DNA of 63,886 nucleotides, counting the filler, from Octopus bimaculoides (lineage: Eukaryota), in the NCBI RefSeq assembly GCF_001194135.2. It is 6 parts of 6 records of this genome, joined end to end, with 100 filler letters (N's around TTAATTAATTAA, not from the genome) between each part and the next. Parts side by side here need not be neighbours in the genome. Positions count along the whole stretch, not along the records: positions 18,799 to 37,097 come from NC_068986.1; positions 37,198 to 44,770 come from NC_069008.1; 4 more parts are not named here. One strand, 5' to 3'. The notes under the pieces were generated by a model. That model searched no databases, was not told where the DNA came from, and worked only from the letters and a program-made list of their open reading frames with translations. Numbering within the stretch: position 1 is the first letter of the stretch; every line of letters begins with the position of its first letter. Below, piece by piece: positions 25,360 to 39,720 of the stretch. The translations under genes were made by a program, and so were the position numbers.

Positions 25360-25848
25360 ATCATCAGTGGTGGAGGTGGTGCTGGGTGGTAGTGGTGGCA
25401 GGGGTGGTAGTGATGGCAGCAGAGGCAACGGCATCAGCAGCAGAGGCAACGGCATCAGCAGCAGTGGCAGCTGTAGCAGTAGTGGTAGAAGCAACAGCAG
25501 TAGCAGCAGCAGCAGCTGTAGTAGTAGCAGTAGCATCAGTAGTAGAGGCAGCAGCAGCAGCAGTGACAGCAGCAGTAGCAGTCATAGTAGAGGCAATAGT
25601 AGCAATAGCAGCAGCAGTAGTGGTGGTAGCAGTGGTAGAAGCAACAGTAGTGGAAGCAGCAGCAGTGGTAACGGTAGCAACTGCAGCAGTTGTAGCAGAG
25701 GGGATGGTAGCAGTAGTAGCAGTAGCAGCAGTAGCTGCATCATTAGTGATACCATCATTACTGCTCCCATCATCATTATTATGATTTCCATCAGCAGCAG
25801 CAGAAGCAGCAGCAGCAAAAGAAGCATCAACATATCATCATCACCATC

Positions 25849-25889
<41 letters not shown>

Positions 25890-25893
25890 TATT

Positions 25894-25931
<38 letters not shown>

Positions 25932-26085
25932 TGTAATCATTATAATTTTCAGCATCATCAACACGATCGGTGTCAGAATTGTTATCTTCATCATCAACAT
26001 CATCGTCATCCCAATCATTATCATCATCAGCAGCAGCAGTAACATTGTCATTATCGTCATCGTCATCATCGTCATCATCAGGCAT
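25360..26085. repeat. Compound degenerate trinucleotide array (AGC/AGT then ATC)
   Basis: Source of the Ser-, Ala/Val-, Asp- and Leu-rich spurious ORFs. Confidence 0.9.
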
Positions 26086-26806
26086 ATGTTTTTTTTTTCT
26101 TTATTGTCTTTTTGTTTTGTTTTGTGTTTTTTTTTTTAACAGATTAAAGAAAAGAAGAATGGACAGCGTCTGTAACCTTTGCAGGTCATCCTCCCAGATC
26201 GGTATGATTGATACGGCTAATGTTCAGCTTGAACATCTATAAATTGTTGATTACAAGAAAATCATGGTGCTGAAGGAATGACAGAAAACGAGAGCGTGGG
26301 GAAAATTATTTCATGGGTGATGGGTCTGGCAGCGGGAAGACAAAGCAAGGAGGAGATAAGTGGATCACATGGGGCCTAGGTTGTTATTGTTGTTAGTGCT
26401 GATGTTGTTTAGCCCCAGGTCAGTCCAGATCAAGCAAAAATATGATCAAAGACATTCTAACAGTGAACATTGCTGTCTTTTTTTCCTAATAAGCAAAGAT
26501 CTCGGGACAACATTATTCAATGTGTCCTTCCTAATTTGGTAGAATTTGAAGGAGATTTGGCTACTACTTTTAGCAGGTTGGGTGATGACAAAGAAAATGC
26601 CTTGTTAGCTTGCATAGACATCGGTGGAGACAGTGCATATAGCAAGCTGGTTCCTCTTGTTTAACCATTGAGTACAAAGAATAACCATACCATAGCTTAC
26701 TCAGAGTATTCTCAGATGAGTTCATAAAACAACGAGATTAGATTAATAAGGTGATGGTGATTTATCATCATCATCATCATCACCATCATCATTTAAAGTC
26801 CATTGT

Positions 26807-26848
<42 letters not shown>

Positions 26849-27731
26849 CAATAACAATGACAATTATGATGACAATATCAATGACAATTATGATGATGAT
26901 GATGACAACATCAATGACAATTATGATGATGATTATGATGGTGGTGGTAAAATTAAACAAAATAAATCAAAAAGTGTGATTGCAATTTTCATCTCATATT
27001 CTATATCTTCTCTAATTGAGACGTTTATAAATGTTGTCCTTCATTACAGCTTTTACATTTTATTTTTTTACTTCTTTTTATTTATTTATTTATTTTTATT
27101 TATTTATTTATTTATTTATTTTATTTTTGCAGACATTTCTTGCAGAGTTTTGAATGTCTTTAATAGGCAGACGAAGAATATACTTTGGATTCTACTCTGA
27201 AGAAACTTACGCCAAATGCCTTCGAAAAATATGTTTTCCCATCACCGAACGTCATCATCAATCATTATCATCATTCCACCAACCAGCCAACACCAGCCCG
27301 TTGCCACCCTGTCATNNNNNNNNNNNNNNNNNNNNNNNNNNNNNNNNNNNNNNNNNNNNNNNNNNNNNNNNNNNNNNNNNNNNNNNNNNNNNNNNNNNNN
27401 NNNNNNNNNNNNNNNNNNNNNNNNNNNNNNNNNNNNNNNNNNNNNNNNNNNNNNNNNNNNNNNNNNNNNNNNNNNNNNNNNNNNNNNNNNNNNNNNNNNN
27501 NNNNNNNNNNNNNNNNNNNNNNNNNNNNNNNNNNNNNNNNNNNNNNNNNNNNNNNNNNNNNNNNNNNNNNNNNNNNNNNNNNNNNNNNNNNNNNNNNNNN
27601 NNNNNNNNNNNNNNNNNNNNNNNNNNNNNNNNNNNNNNNNNNNNNNNNNNNNNNNNNNNNNNNNNNNNNNNNNNNNNNNNNNNNNNNNNNNNNNNNNNNN
27701 NNNNNNNNNNNNNNNNNNNNNNNNNNTCATT

Positions 27732-27762
<31 letters not shown>

Positions 27763-27860
27763 TCATTTTCATGTCCATCACTATTATCATTTATATCATC
27801 ACTACCACCACTACCACCACTGCCATCACCATAACCACTTACATTGCCATTGCTATTATT

Positions 27861-27891
<31 letters not shown>

Positions 27892-28260
27892 CTGTCATCA
27901 TCATCATCATCATCACCATCATTATCATTGTCATCATCATTTAGTTTAAAGTCCATTTAAAGCTGTTAGCATTTGTTGAACAAGTCTACTTAACAGACTC
28001 TTTCCATCTTTACATATTTCCAAACCAATCTATCCTTTCCTCTTTTGTTCTTTTTTTTTTATTCTTTCCTCCATTTGTCATTTCATATCAATTTTTTTTT
28101 ATTTATTTATCTCTTCTTTTTTTGTTTTTTTCCTTTCTGTTACATCCATTTTCAGCTTACTGCTTCCTGCTTCAGATTATTTCAGATTCCAATATCTTCT
28201 TCCATACAGTTTCGCAGGTGTCAGCATGACTCTTCCTATAGCGCAAAAATGTCTGACACG

Positions 28261-28309
<49 letters not shown>

Positions 28310-29255
28310 TATACAGTCATACACACACATATACTCACACTACAGATCCACTCATATACAAGCACTCAAACAAATACAAATGCTTACATATACATTTATA
28401 CATTATATATATATATATATATATATATACAAATATCTATATCTATATCTATCTATATATATGTATCTATGTATGTATATATCTTCTTTCAATTCTTTAA
28501 GATCTGAAGAATATTAAAAGAACAATGACTCCAATTATTTGCTTATAGCCAGACTTGTTTATTCTTATAAATGTCACAAATAAATCAACAAGATTGCTGT
28601 TGTATATTTTTAATCATTTTCTTTTTTTTTTTTCTTCTCAGCTTCTTTTTTTCTTCCCTTTTTTTTTATTTTTGTTCCTCCAGTGACCATCTTTTAGATA
28701 GCGGATGTCTCTGGAATTGTTATACATTAGACAGAAAAGAATTGTATTTATTTATTCATTTATTTATTTGCAATTGTATTTCTATTTTTAATGTTTGTTT
28801 GTTTAGCTTAGTATGTGTGTATATGTTATGCATCTCTCTTTTGTAAATTAATAGTTTTGTTAATGTAAATGAAACGTCTGTTCTTTTTCTGAATTCCCAT
28901 TTTCGTTTTTAGTAAAAATAACAAAAAATAAAAGCTTACCATATATATATATATATATATATATANNNNNNNNNNNNNNNNNNNNNNNNNNNNNNNNNNN
29001 NNNNNNNNNNNNNNNNNNNNNNNNNNNNNNNNNNNNNNNNNNNNNNNNNNNNNNNNNNNNNNNNNNNNNNNNNNNNNNNNNNNNNNNNNNNNNNNNNNNN
29101 NNNNNNNNNNNNNNNNNNNNNNNNNNNNNNNNNNNNNNNNNNNNNNNNNNNNNNNNNNNNNNNNNNNNNNNNNNNNNNNNNNNNNNNNNNNNNNNNNNNN
29201 NNNNNNNNNNNNNNNNNNNNNNNNNNNNNNNNNNNNNNNNNNNNNNNNNNNNNNG

Positions 29256-29292
<37 letters not shown>

Positions 29293-29775
29293 TTTATATA
29301 TGTATAAATGATTGTATGTCAGTTTGTGTGTGTAAGTATGTGTATGGATGTGTATATATATATATACATAATTATGGTTTATTGTTTTTGTGGAGAAATT
29401 ATATTTAACGTAAAAATTGAGAGAAACTTTATCCCAGTAGAGACATGTTTATATGTATAAGTAAAAATATACAAATGTACACATAGATATACAAATGTGC
29501 ACATACATGCAAATACACTGCATACATAATAAGTGGACCAAGCCTTGCAGAACTCTTTCTGACTCTCTGTTCTGAGATCAAATTCTACTGAAGTCAGCTT
29601 TGCATTTCATCTTTTTTGTGTTGATAAAACAGTACCAATCCAGGAATATATATGTCTATATATATAGACAGAAATATATGTCTATATATATTATCATCAT
29701 CATCAACATCTGCTTTCCATGCTGGCCTATTTATATACATATATATACATATATATGTATATATATGTATATATA

Positions 29776-29850
<75 letters not shown>

Positions 29851-30904
29851 TGACAGGCATGCATATACACACACACACATATATATACCTATACATGCAC
29901 ACACATTACATGTTATATAATGAAAGTGTAGCTTTTTAGTTTGTGCAAACCATTTGGAGTCAGATTATGGTGTTGAAGCCTAGTTACTGTGTGCATTATG
30001 TTAATGTTTGTGTGTGTGTGTGTGTACATGTCTGAATTAGTAAGTTGGCTTGAGACTATTCTACACTGATTATAACCTGATAAGAATGGCTGCTATGTGA
30101 CAAAGACGAGGAAGATATGTACAGATGGTGTTTAAAATCTTTCCCACCATCATGTTTTTTTAATTTCTTTGCTTGTTTGTGTGTCTCTGTCTATAAAACT
30201 CTGTGCGCATTGTGCTGCGTTATGTTTTTAAAGGTGTGTGTGCGATCCCAGTTACTTTACACTTCATTAGCAACAACAAAAAAACATTTAAATGAATTAA
30301 CCTCCAGGGAAAAGAGATTTTAAATTCTCTTAGCTTTTACTTACAATAGGCATGACAATCTGAAAACTGAATAAAATTTTTAAAAAAAGATGGAAGCCAT
30401 TAACACTCATTATATAATTAAACTCATTTTCTATTTTAAGTTATTCACCTATGCAATGATACTCGGTTTTCTTTACAGTATCACATAAGAGAGAATGTCT
30501 GTTTGTGTTGTTCAGTTGTTATTCTTTTTTCTGGATTCATTCTTCACTTATCTTTCTTCCTGTCAAATTAGACACATCAAATTGATCCCATTATCCTGAC
30601 GAAAATCGATTAAAGCAGGGAACAGGTTCTTTACAATGAAATTCTCACAACCTTTATGTGGTAACTAGGGAATTTAGAAGTGGGGCGATAAGATAACAGA
30701 GCTTGTCTACTGCTTCAGATAAAAAATGTAATTTCAATTTAATTTTTATGAAATGAAGGAAATTTTGAAGAAAGCATGTCTGCTTCTGGGCCTAGCTTAT
30801 AATGACTGTAATAGGATCTCAGAGATATTTTACTGAAATTTTTCAATGGTCTTCTTAAGGGATATAAGATCAGTGAGCTTCATATCAAAGGAACTGTGAT
30901 TTAA

Positions 30905-31407
30905 CCCTTCCATAAACATATGAGGGGGAAGATGAAAAGTTCCTGGCTTTGAGTAAAAAAAAAATACAGGAGGATCAGTGAATTATGATTTTATTCAATA
31001 TATTTCCCTTCTCAGATTCACACACTTCTTGCAGCAGTCCTTCAGTTTTTCTAAGCCCTGTAAAAGAACTCGGAAGGATGGGCCTCCAACCAGGACTTTC
31101 GTGATACCCTTAAAGCCAGAAACTTTTCAGCACCCCCTCATATTTCCAATGAAATACACTGCTCATGTCTCTCAGTTAATTTTGAAAATAATCAATAATT
31201 CAGATGGATTTAGTAAGATTACTAACTTTTTCGTTTATTGGTATATCAAGCTGATGTTTTGAAATTAACCTAAAAATAGTTTCTTGCATAAAATTATGCT
31301 GGAATGCTTTGCTTTTTTTCTTTTTGCTGTAAATTTGAAAATTATAAAAACCTGAGGTCCTGTATCGTAAACCAATGGTGATATCAGGTTGGTTTATATC
31401 AAAGGGG
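30905..31407. mobile_element. piggyBac-like MITE interrupted by a mariner-like MITE
   Basis: TTAA-CCCTT at 30901 and AAAGGGG-TTAA at 31401-31411; body similar to the 52454-52658 copy in the opposite orientation. Confidence 0.65.
30921..31140. mobile_element. Tc1/mariner-derived MITE
   Basis: TIRs TGAGGGGGAAGATGAAAAGTTCCTGG / CCAGAAACTTTTCAGCACCCCCTCA; TA duplication at 30919-30920 and 31141-31142. Confidence 0.75.
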
Positions 31408-32044
31408 TTAACCAAAGTAGCAAAACAAAGATATATGAATAACTGAGTTGAAAGGTTTCCACAGACATCATCGTCTGATAGTGTGTTATGTCTATGGAAG
31501 CATCCTTAGCTCTTCACTGCCAAATCAACCTAGCTCTAAGATGTTTAATTCAATATCAACCCTGATTGAGACAACCTATAATCAAAGACATTCCTGGTTT
31601 AATGATCAAATCCAAGCTTCTCTGCTAGTTCCTCAACAGTTATGGTGAGATTTTGTTTCACCAGGGTTTGCAGGATGTCCTCATTGAGCTCCACAGAGCT
31701 TCCAGGATGAGGTTTGTCTTCTCAGCTGTAGTTTCTGGCTCAGAATTTCAGGAACTACTGTTGACACTGGCTTATGCTTATTGTCTAATCCCCATATACT
31801 GCATTAATATTCCTTGCACTTTCCGTTGTGTTGTTACCTTTATTGAACTTATAAAGCAAAATATGCCGAATATACTCCATTTTCACTTCCATTATAGCTT
31901 TGAAAAAACTTGCACTAAGAATAAGTACAAAGTAAAATTACTACCTGCTTTTATAGCAAGTTGATGCGAGTGGTTTATCCCATCCCCCTCCAACTTTTAC
32001 TTCATGCAATTGAAAAAGACCTGCATTATCTATGGGATGACCCA

Positions 32045-32078
<34 letters not shown>

Positions 32079-32679
32079 ATGGATTCAGCAGTAGAATTGT
32101 ATAACAAAGCCAAAACGCATGAGTGAATATAATTCATACTTGAAAATGTATATACGTAGTAGCTAATTATGTGCATTTCTCTAAATACTTCTATACAGGC
32201 ATTTAAACATGTAGGATTCAAAAATATATATATACACTTTACAAAAAGAGATTCAAGAAATAGGAAATTTGATAATGTTATATTGCTGTTGAGGTGAGAC
32301 ACATACATAAATTGTTTTATGTCATGAAAGGTTTCAGTTCCAGCAATAATGTCACTGGAAATAGAGAGAAAGAGGGAAAGAGAGAAGAGGGTAAGAGTGG
32401 GGGGGAGAAGGGGGGTTAGAGGGAGAGAGAGAAGAGGGTAAGAGGGAGAGAAAGAGAGAAATAGAGAAGAGCGTAAGAGGGGAAGAGAAAGAGAGAGATG
32501 AGCAGGCTGTTTAAAATGATATGGGCACACTTGCCCCCAGTTACAATTAAGGAAAATAAACAGGGCAAGTGTCACAAAGGTGCTGAAAAGAAAATATAAA
32601 AGGAACAAACAGAAAGAACATTCTCTAAGTGAGCCAACTACAGTTGTAACGACCAATTGGGAGAATAAAAGTGATATAG

Positions 32680-32895
32680 CCTTTAACATTCAGATTACTC
32701 TGACAAATATAATGCTTGTTTATTCACATTATTTTGAATTAATAATGCACTATCTCGTGGTAGTCTCAAGATTTGATGTGACTGTTTCTCTTTAGAATTA
32801 CATTGCAATGTAGGTGTGAAAGGCTGGATCTAGTCAGTTTGAACATGAAACAGGCGAAATATTTGGACCAGTTGCAACGTTTAAATGCTAAAGGG
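32680..32895. mobile_element. piggyBac-like MITE (second family)
   Basis: CCTTTAACATTCAGATTACTCTG...AAATGCTAAAGGG followed by TTAA; related copy at about 56781-56970. Confidence 0.5.
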
Positions 32896-33287
32896 TTAAT
32901 ACATGAAGTCAAAAACAAAGTGGTAGGTTCTTCTGAGATCTTGAAAGCTCTAGATGGCTTTGTTTCATAGTAGTTTGTCATTTTTAAAATTATTTATTGA
33001 TCATACATCATTAAATTATAATCTAAATATTTTTCCAAACATTTAACAATATCATTAAGTATGTTAGAGTGGTGGGCCAACAGAATTGTTTGCACATTGG
33101 GCAAAATTCTTAGCAGCATTTTGTCCAGCTTTACATTCTGAGTTCAAATTTCAAGGTCCACTTTGTCTCTCATCCTTTTGAGGTCAGTAAAATAAGTACC
33201 AGTTGAACACTGGGGTTGATGTAATCAGCATACACCCTCCCCTAAAATTTTGGGCCTTGTGCCAAAATATGAAACTAATATCATTAA

Positions 33288-33508
33288 CCTTTTCATTACC
33301 ATATTTATTTTGAGATGCTCTGTGTTTCTTTCAATTATTTTAAACATAACAAAGAATTTGGTAAAATAACTTAGTTATCATTAAGCTAGTGTCAGGAACA
33401 TAAATTGTGACTAAGGTTTGGCGGAAGATTTTAATTCAAAACTTATGAAAACAAGACATTTGTACTACAGAGCCAGAGCCAGTTTTAGCCAGGTTGGTTA
33501 TGAAAGGG
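33288..33508. mobile_element. piggyBac-like MITE
   Basis: TTAA TSDs at 33284-33287 and 33509-33512; TIRs CCTTTTCATTACCA / TGGTTATGAAAGGG. Confidence 0.75.
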
Positions 33509-34652
33509 TTAACTGCCATAACATGTTATTGGAACTTACCAGTGATACCATGTACTTCCAGTCATACTGGATACTGTTTAATTACAAGGAAATGTAATTC
33601 TTTTTGCATTTTTACAATATTTCATTATTAAACTTTAATATTTAGCACTTGTCATCATCATCCTCTAACGTCCGTTTTCCATGCTGGTGCTCAACTTATT
33701 TAAATATCCTGAAAACCATGTCAGACATACAGAATGAAATATTTTTTCAAATTATGAAAATGAACCACTGGTGGTGCATATGGTGGTGGTGTGAAGTTCA
33801 CAATGAACCATCAGTGGTAGATGTAGCAGTTGATTTGTTCGACTAAAGGTGGTGCTCCAACATGGCCACAGTCAAATGACTGAAACAAATAATAGAATGT
33901 ATGTATAGTTAGATAGACAGACAGACAGATTTGGTTAATACTCCCCTCCAAGCAGTAGGAGGAGGGTTTCTTGCAAGCTATTCAGTGACCCTGTCAGTGC
34001 TGGTGCCACATAAAAAACACTTGTGACAATGCTACATAAAAAGCACCCAGTACACTCTGTAATGTGGTTGGTGTTAGGAAGGGCATCCAACCATAGAACC
34101 AAAGAAACCAAACCAAAACATGCAACTTAAACCTGATGCAGTTTTCCAGCTTCTCAGCTCTAGCCAAACCATCCAATTCATGTCAGTATGGAAAACAGAC
34201 ATTAAATGATGATGGTGGTGGTCGTCGTCGTCCTGGTGATCATGGTGGTGTATACAATATGTATGCACACATAGAGGATAAATGCATATATGTTTGTATG
34301 GATGCAGCATGACTGTATTGTTAAGAGGTTCACTCTACACTCATGAGGTCTCAGGTTCAAGACCTTAATGTGTATCCTTTAGTTACATATCCCAGTGCAC
34401 CTATGGTAGGTACAAATGAATATCTACAGCATGGATACAAGAGCTGTAAACTCGTCATTAGAGTTCATCGTACATGTTCTCTTTCTTTACAATTTTAGAC
34501 AATGTATGAATGTGTTTATGAAAATGAATACATGTATATGTGTGTGTGTGAGTGTGTGTGAATCTCTGTGCATGTCTGTCTGTCTGTATGTATGTATGTA
34601 TGAATGTATGTATGCATGTATGTATGTGTGCATGTTTCTGCCTGTGTGCGCA

Positions 34653-34692
<40 letters not shown>

Positions 34693-35012
34693 TCTGCAAC
34701 TAAGTAGACAAAAAATAAATAAATAATTTTTATTGCTTAACAAAAGAGAAATCAAATCTCATTTTTACATTTAGGAATTTTGATTTTCAGAGCATCTGTA
34801 GATGGTGTTTAAGGTTTAAAAGAAAAAAAAAAAAGAAAAGAAGAATAAATAGAAAATGTAAAAAACAAACTAAAACTGCTGCTATTGATACTATTACTAG
34901 TTTGTTGGTTGAAGTTGCTAACAATCTTTCATGGTCTATTTTTGCTGTATTCTTTTCCCTTGATTGTTTTGGTTTGCACATTTAGTTGTGGTAGTTATTA
35001 TTATTATTATTA

Positions 35013-35067
<55 letters not shown>

Positions 35068-35156
35068 CATTATTATTAGTACTACTACAACTACTTCAAC
35101 TATTATTGTTGTTATTATTATTATTATGTTGTCGTTGTTTCTCCTCTAAACGTATA

Positions 35157-35189
<33 letters not shown>

Positions 35190-36512
35190 GCGTGTGTGTT
35201 TGTTTGTATATGTATGTATGTACATGTGTATGTTTGTATATGTATGTACATATCTGTATATGCAAAGACATATATATATATGTACACATATACATATTTG
35301 TACATATGTGTGTGTGTGTTTGTGTATGCACATATGTATGTACATATATGTAAATGCATAGACACATATATATATGTACACATATACATATTTGTACATG
35401 TGTGTGTGTGTGTGTGTGTGTGCATGCACTCTGCTACTTCAAATTCCTTTTTACATACTAATAGTTTTCAATAAAATTTTTTTTAAAAAGTGTTTAAAGG
35501 TTTGTTAGTTTATCAAAACAATTGAACAGTCTCCAGTTTGCATGCATATGTGTACACTTGTGTGCGTGTGTGTGTGTGTAAACATGTCTGTCTATGTGTC
35601 TGCCTATATGCATGTATGTATGTATGTATGTATGTATGTATGTATGCATGTATGCATATGTATTTTTTTTAAATTCTCTTCATTTCACAAGTTCTATTGA
35701 AATATAAAGTAAATTGTATGTGTGTGTGTATGTGTATGTGTGTGTCTGCACATGCGCGTGTATGTTTGTTTGCGTATGTGCGTGCATGTGTGTGCACGTG
35801 CGTGCATCTGTGTGTCTGTGTCTGTGTATGCATCTGTATGTGTATGTGCATATGTATACTGCACTCAAATACCACAAAAGAGTTACATTACTACCACCAC
35901 CACCACTACCACCACCACCACCACCACCACCACTACCATCGTCATCATCATTACCATCACCACCACCATCACCATTATCATCAACATCAACAATAATACA
36001 TATATACTGTTTTCTTTTATTTATCTTATTTTTTTTAAATGTTCACCAATCATCAAATTTTATTTTTCAATTTCCAATCTTTTATTCTCAATTTTATCAA
36101 AATTACTTCTTGTGCATACAAATGAATACGTATAAGATATATGTCCAATATCTTCAGGGTTTAGTAAATAATCGGTGGTTTTTATACGTTTATTTATTTA
36201 TTTTTCTCTATAACTCTTACAAAAATAAACAGATACTTGCTTTACAATCAATGTTTTCTTTATAGAAAACATAATAAATTACAAATTCTACAGACAATTC
36301 CTTTGTTAATCCATTTCAAAAACTTCAGGGTGTCATGGCGCCAATTCTTAACTTCTATGTTTGTTACATTAACCAGTTACCAGTCGAGATGTATTTTTTG
36401 AATATGAGGTTAGTTTATCACAAACTTTCTCAGACTGGCATTGTTCTTGCTTCATAAACTGAGACAATGCGTATATATACATATATGTATATATATGCGT
36501 GTATGTATATAT

Positions 36513-36908
36513 ATTCTTTTACTTGTTTCAGTCGTTTGACTGCAGCCATGCTGGAGCACCGCCTATAGTCGAACAAATCGACCCAAGGACTTATTCTTTG
36601 TAAGCCTACTACTTAATCTATTGAGCTCTCTTGCCGAACTGCTAAATTATGGGGATGTGACCACAAAAACATTGGACGTCAAGCGAATGTAGGTGGGACA
36701 AAAACAGACACAAATACACAAATATACACACACACACATATATATATACTCGACGGACTTCTTTCAGTTTCCATCTACCAAGTCCACCCACAAGGCTTTG
36801 GTTGACCTGAGGTTATAGTAGAAGACACTTGCTCAAAGTGCCATGCAGTGGGACTGAACTTGGAACCATATGGTTGGGAAGCAAGCTTCTTACCACACAG
36901 CCACAGCT
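36513..36908 (-). mobile_element. SINE family A, diverged full-length copy
   Basis: Reverse complement of tail, core and head. Other minus copies at about 43393-43605 and 55890-56305; plus-strand partials at about 55716-55870 and 56497-56645. Confidence 0.8.
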
Positions 36909-36934
36909 ATAGCTATATATATATATATATATAT

Positions 36935-37097
36935 GACCCAACAGAGGGACCAGCTATCCGAGTTGACAGTACCAGGGTAGATAAAGCAATTAAGAGTATG
37001 AAGACCGGGAAAGCCACCGGCCCATCAGGAATCACTGCAGAGATGCTCAAAATATCTGGCAGTGTTGGCTACAGCCTAGTCACCCGTATTACGAACC
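36935..37097 (+). mobile_element. RTE-type LINE ORF fragment
   Basis: DPTEGPAIRVDSTRVDKAIKSMKTGKATGPSGITAEMLKISG contains the KA.GP.GI.AEMLK motif that precedes non-LTR RT domains; cut by an assembly join. Confidence 0.85.
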
Positions 37098-37197
37098 NNN
37101 NNNNNNNNNNNNNNNNNNNNNNNNNNNNNNNNNNNNNNNNNTTAATTAATTAANNNNNNNNNNNNNNNNNNNNNNNNNNNNNNNNNNNNNNNNNNNN
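37098..37197. other. Assembly join placeholder
   Basis: Same 44+12+44 layout. Confidence 0.9.
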
Positions 37198-37270
37198 ATA
37201 TATATATATATATATATATAATATAATATATATATAATATAATATATATAATATAATATATATATATATA

Positions 37271-37313
<43 letters not shown>

Positions 37314-39066
37314 ATATAATATAATATATATATATATACATATATATATACATATATGTGTGTATGTGTGCGTGTGTGAGTGTGTGTGTGTACTAATACA
37401 TATCTTACCTCCTACCCTTCCCTTTCTGTTTGACTATTTGTCTTGTTTCAGTATCTTTAATATTTCTCATAATTTATGCAGTTGGGTTGTATATATACAT
37501 ATAACACACACACGCACACACATACATGCAGACAAATAAGTACATAACTAGGGACACACACACACACACACACAGAGTTTAGCTTAGCCGTCACTCACAA
37601 GTGAGTATATTCTGTTTGCTTATATCACGCTTTCACTAATCCTTCCAAACGCATCTGTAGGTTGAAAAGCACTCTCTTGGCACCCCAAGAACATTATGCA
37701 TTCAGAAAATGATGATGGGAAAGAGAGAAAAATCTACCTGCAATGTTGGCTGACAAGAAATTCCAGCCAAAAAAAAAGACTGGAACGGCATAAAAGGATG
37801 TACCTTGTTCAAGGACATAGTGTACCGCCCTATCTGGATATCAAACTCATGACGTTATGATCATAAGCCCAACGCTCTAACCTGTAGACCAAGTGCCTTT
37901 GCATATATGCATCTGTAGGTAGCTGAATTGACATATTTTTTTCAAGCATCCAACACCTGTAATTATATAACTGATGAAAATTTAACTTGGCCATCGAACC
38001 TCCCAGAAAACGTTGCCAAAACTCCCTCCTGGTAGAAATAGCTATATGCATATNNNNNNNNNNNNNNNNNNNNNNNNNNNNNNNNNNNNNNNNNNNNNNN
38101 NNNNNNNNNNNNNNNNNNNNNNNNNNNNNNNNNNNNNNNNNNNNNNNNNNNNNNNNNNNNNNNNNNNNNNNNNNNNNNNNNNNNNNNNNNNNNNNNNNNN
38201 NNNNNNNNNNNNNNNNNNNNNNNNNNNNNNNNNNNNNNNNNNNNNNNNNNNNNNNNNNNNNNNNNNNNNNNNNNNNNNNNNNNNNNNNNNNNNNNNNNNN
38301 NNNNNNNNNNNNNNNNNNNNNNNNNNNNNNNNNNNNNNNNNNNNNNNNNNNNNNNNNNNNNNNNNNNNNNNNNNNNNNNNNNNNNNNNNNNNNNNNNNNN
38401 NNNNNNNNNNNNNNNNNNNNNNNNNNNNNNNNNNNNNNNNNNNNNNNNNNNNNNNNNNNNNNNNNNNNNNNNNNNNNNNNNNNNNNNNNNNNNNNNNNNN
38501 NNNNNNNNNNNNNNNNNNNNNNNNNNNNNNNNNNNNNNNNNNNNNNNNNNNNNNNNNNNNNNNNNNNNNNNNNNNNNNNNNNNNNNNNNNNNNNNNNNNN
38601 NNNNNNNNNNNNNNNNNNNNNNNNNNNNNNNNNNNNNNNNNNNNNNNNNNNNNNNNNNNNNNNNNNNNNNNNNNNNNNNNNNNNNNNNNNNNNNNNNNNN
38701 NNNNNNNNNNNNNNNNNNNNNNNNNNNNNNNNNNNNNNNNNNNNNNNNNNNNNNNNNNNNNNNNNNNNNNNNNNNNNNNNNNNNNNNNNNNNNNNNNNNN
38801 NNNNNNNNNNNNNNNNNNNNNNNNNNNNNNNNNNNNNNNNNNNNNNNNNNNNNNNNNNNNNNNNNNNNNNNNNNNNNNNNNNNNNNNNNNNNNNNNNNNN
38901 NNNNNNNNNNNNNNNNNNNNNNNNNNNNNNNNNNNNNNNNNNNNNNNNNNNNNNNNNNNNNNNNNNNNNNNNNNNNNNNNNNNNNNNNNNNNNNNNNNNN
39001 NNNNNNNTATATGTACATATATAAACAGATATATAGATAGACCATATTATGTATATACATATTTAT

Positions 39067-39099
<33 letters not shown>

Positions 39100-39159
39100 A
39101 TGTATATACAATATCAATGATATAATTCCATCATATATGGAATGAAGTGGGGGTGCAGT

Positions 39160-39202
<43 letters not shown>

Positions 39203-39473
39203 TTAGTATAGCCCCAAGGTCACCAAGTGTGCATTGCTGACTCTAATTATATACACACACACTCACACCTGTTTATACACATTCCTAACTGTTCATATAC
39301 CCATTGCTTATACACACCTGTGTGTCTAAATATATACTCATACAACAGTCTATGTTTACACATGAAGCTGTTTATATACTCACTGCTAAATATAGGTACT
39401 TATACATACCTGTCTATATATACCTTAGTAATTATATTTTCACACACACACACCTGTAATTATATATATATCA

Positions 39474-39720
39474 TCATCATTTAACTTCTGTTTTTCCATG
39501 CTGGCATGGGCTGGATGGTTTGACAGGTGCTGACCAGGTGAAGAGCTATTCAGGCTTCTACGGCAGGATGCCCTTCCTAATGCCAACCACTTAACAGAGC
39601 ATGCTGGGTACTTTTAATCAGTATTGGCACAGATCCTGCTTATGTGGTACTAACACCTATGTACCTACAAGATTAGGAATGCTCAGCTAGAAAGGGTTGC
39701 AAGGGACGAGCCTGTATGCA
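39474..39720 (-). mobile_element. RTE 3' UTR fragment
   Basis: CATCATCATTTAAC...TTTCCATGCTGGCATGGG and GGATGCCCTTCCTAATGCCAACCAC. Further fragments at about 2119-2165, 33650-33690, 33990-34230, 43903-44200, 52880-53060 and 53500-53600. Confidence 0.6.

Noticed and set aside
25229-25936. 235-aa Ser-rich ORF and overlapping Ala/Val- and Asp-rich ORFs
   Set aside because: Several frames on both strands are open only because of the trinucleotide array; there is no exon-like boundary or domain.
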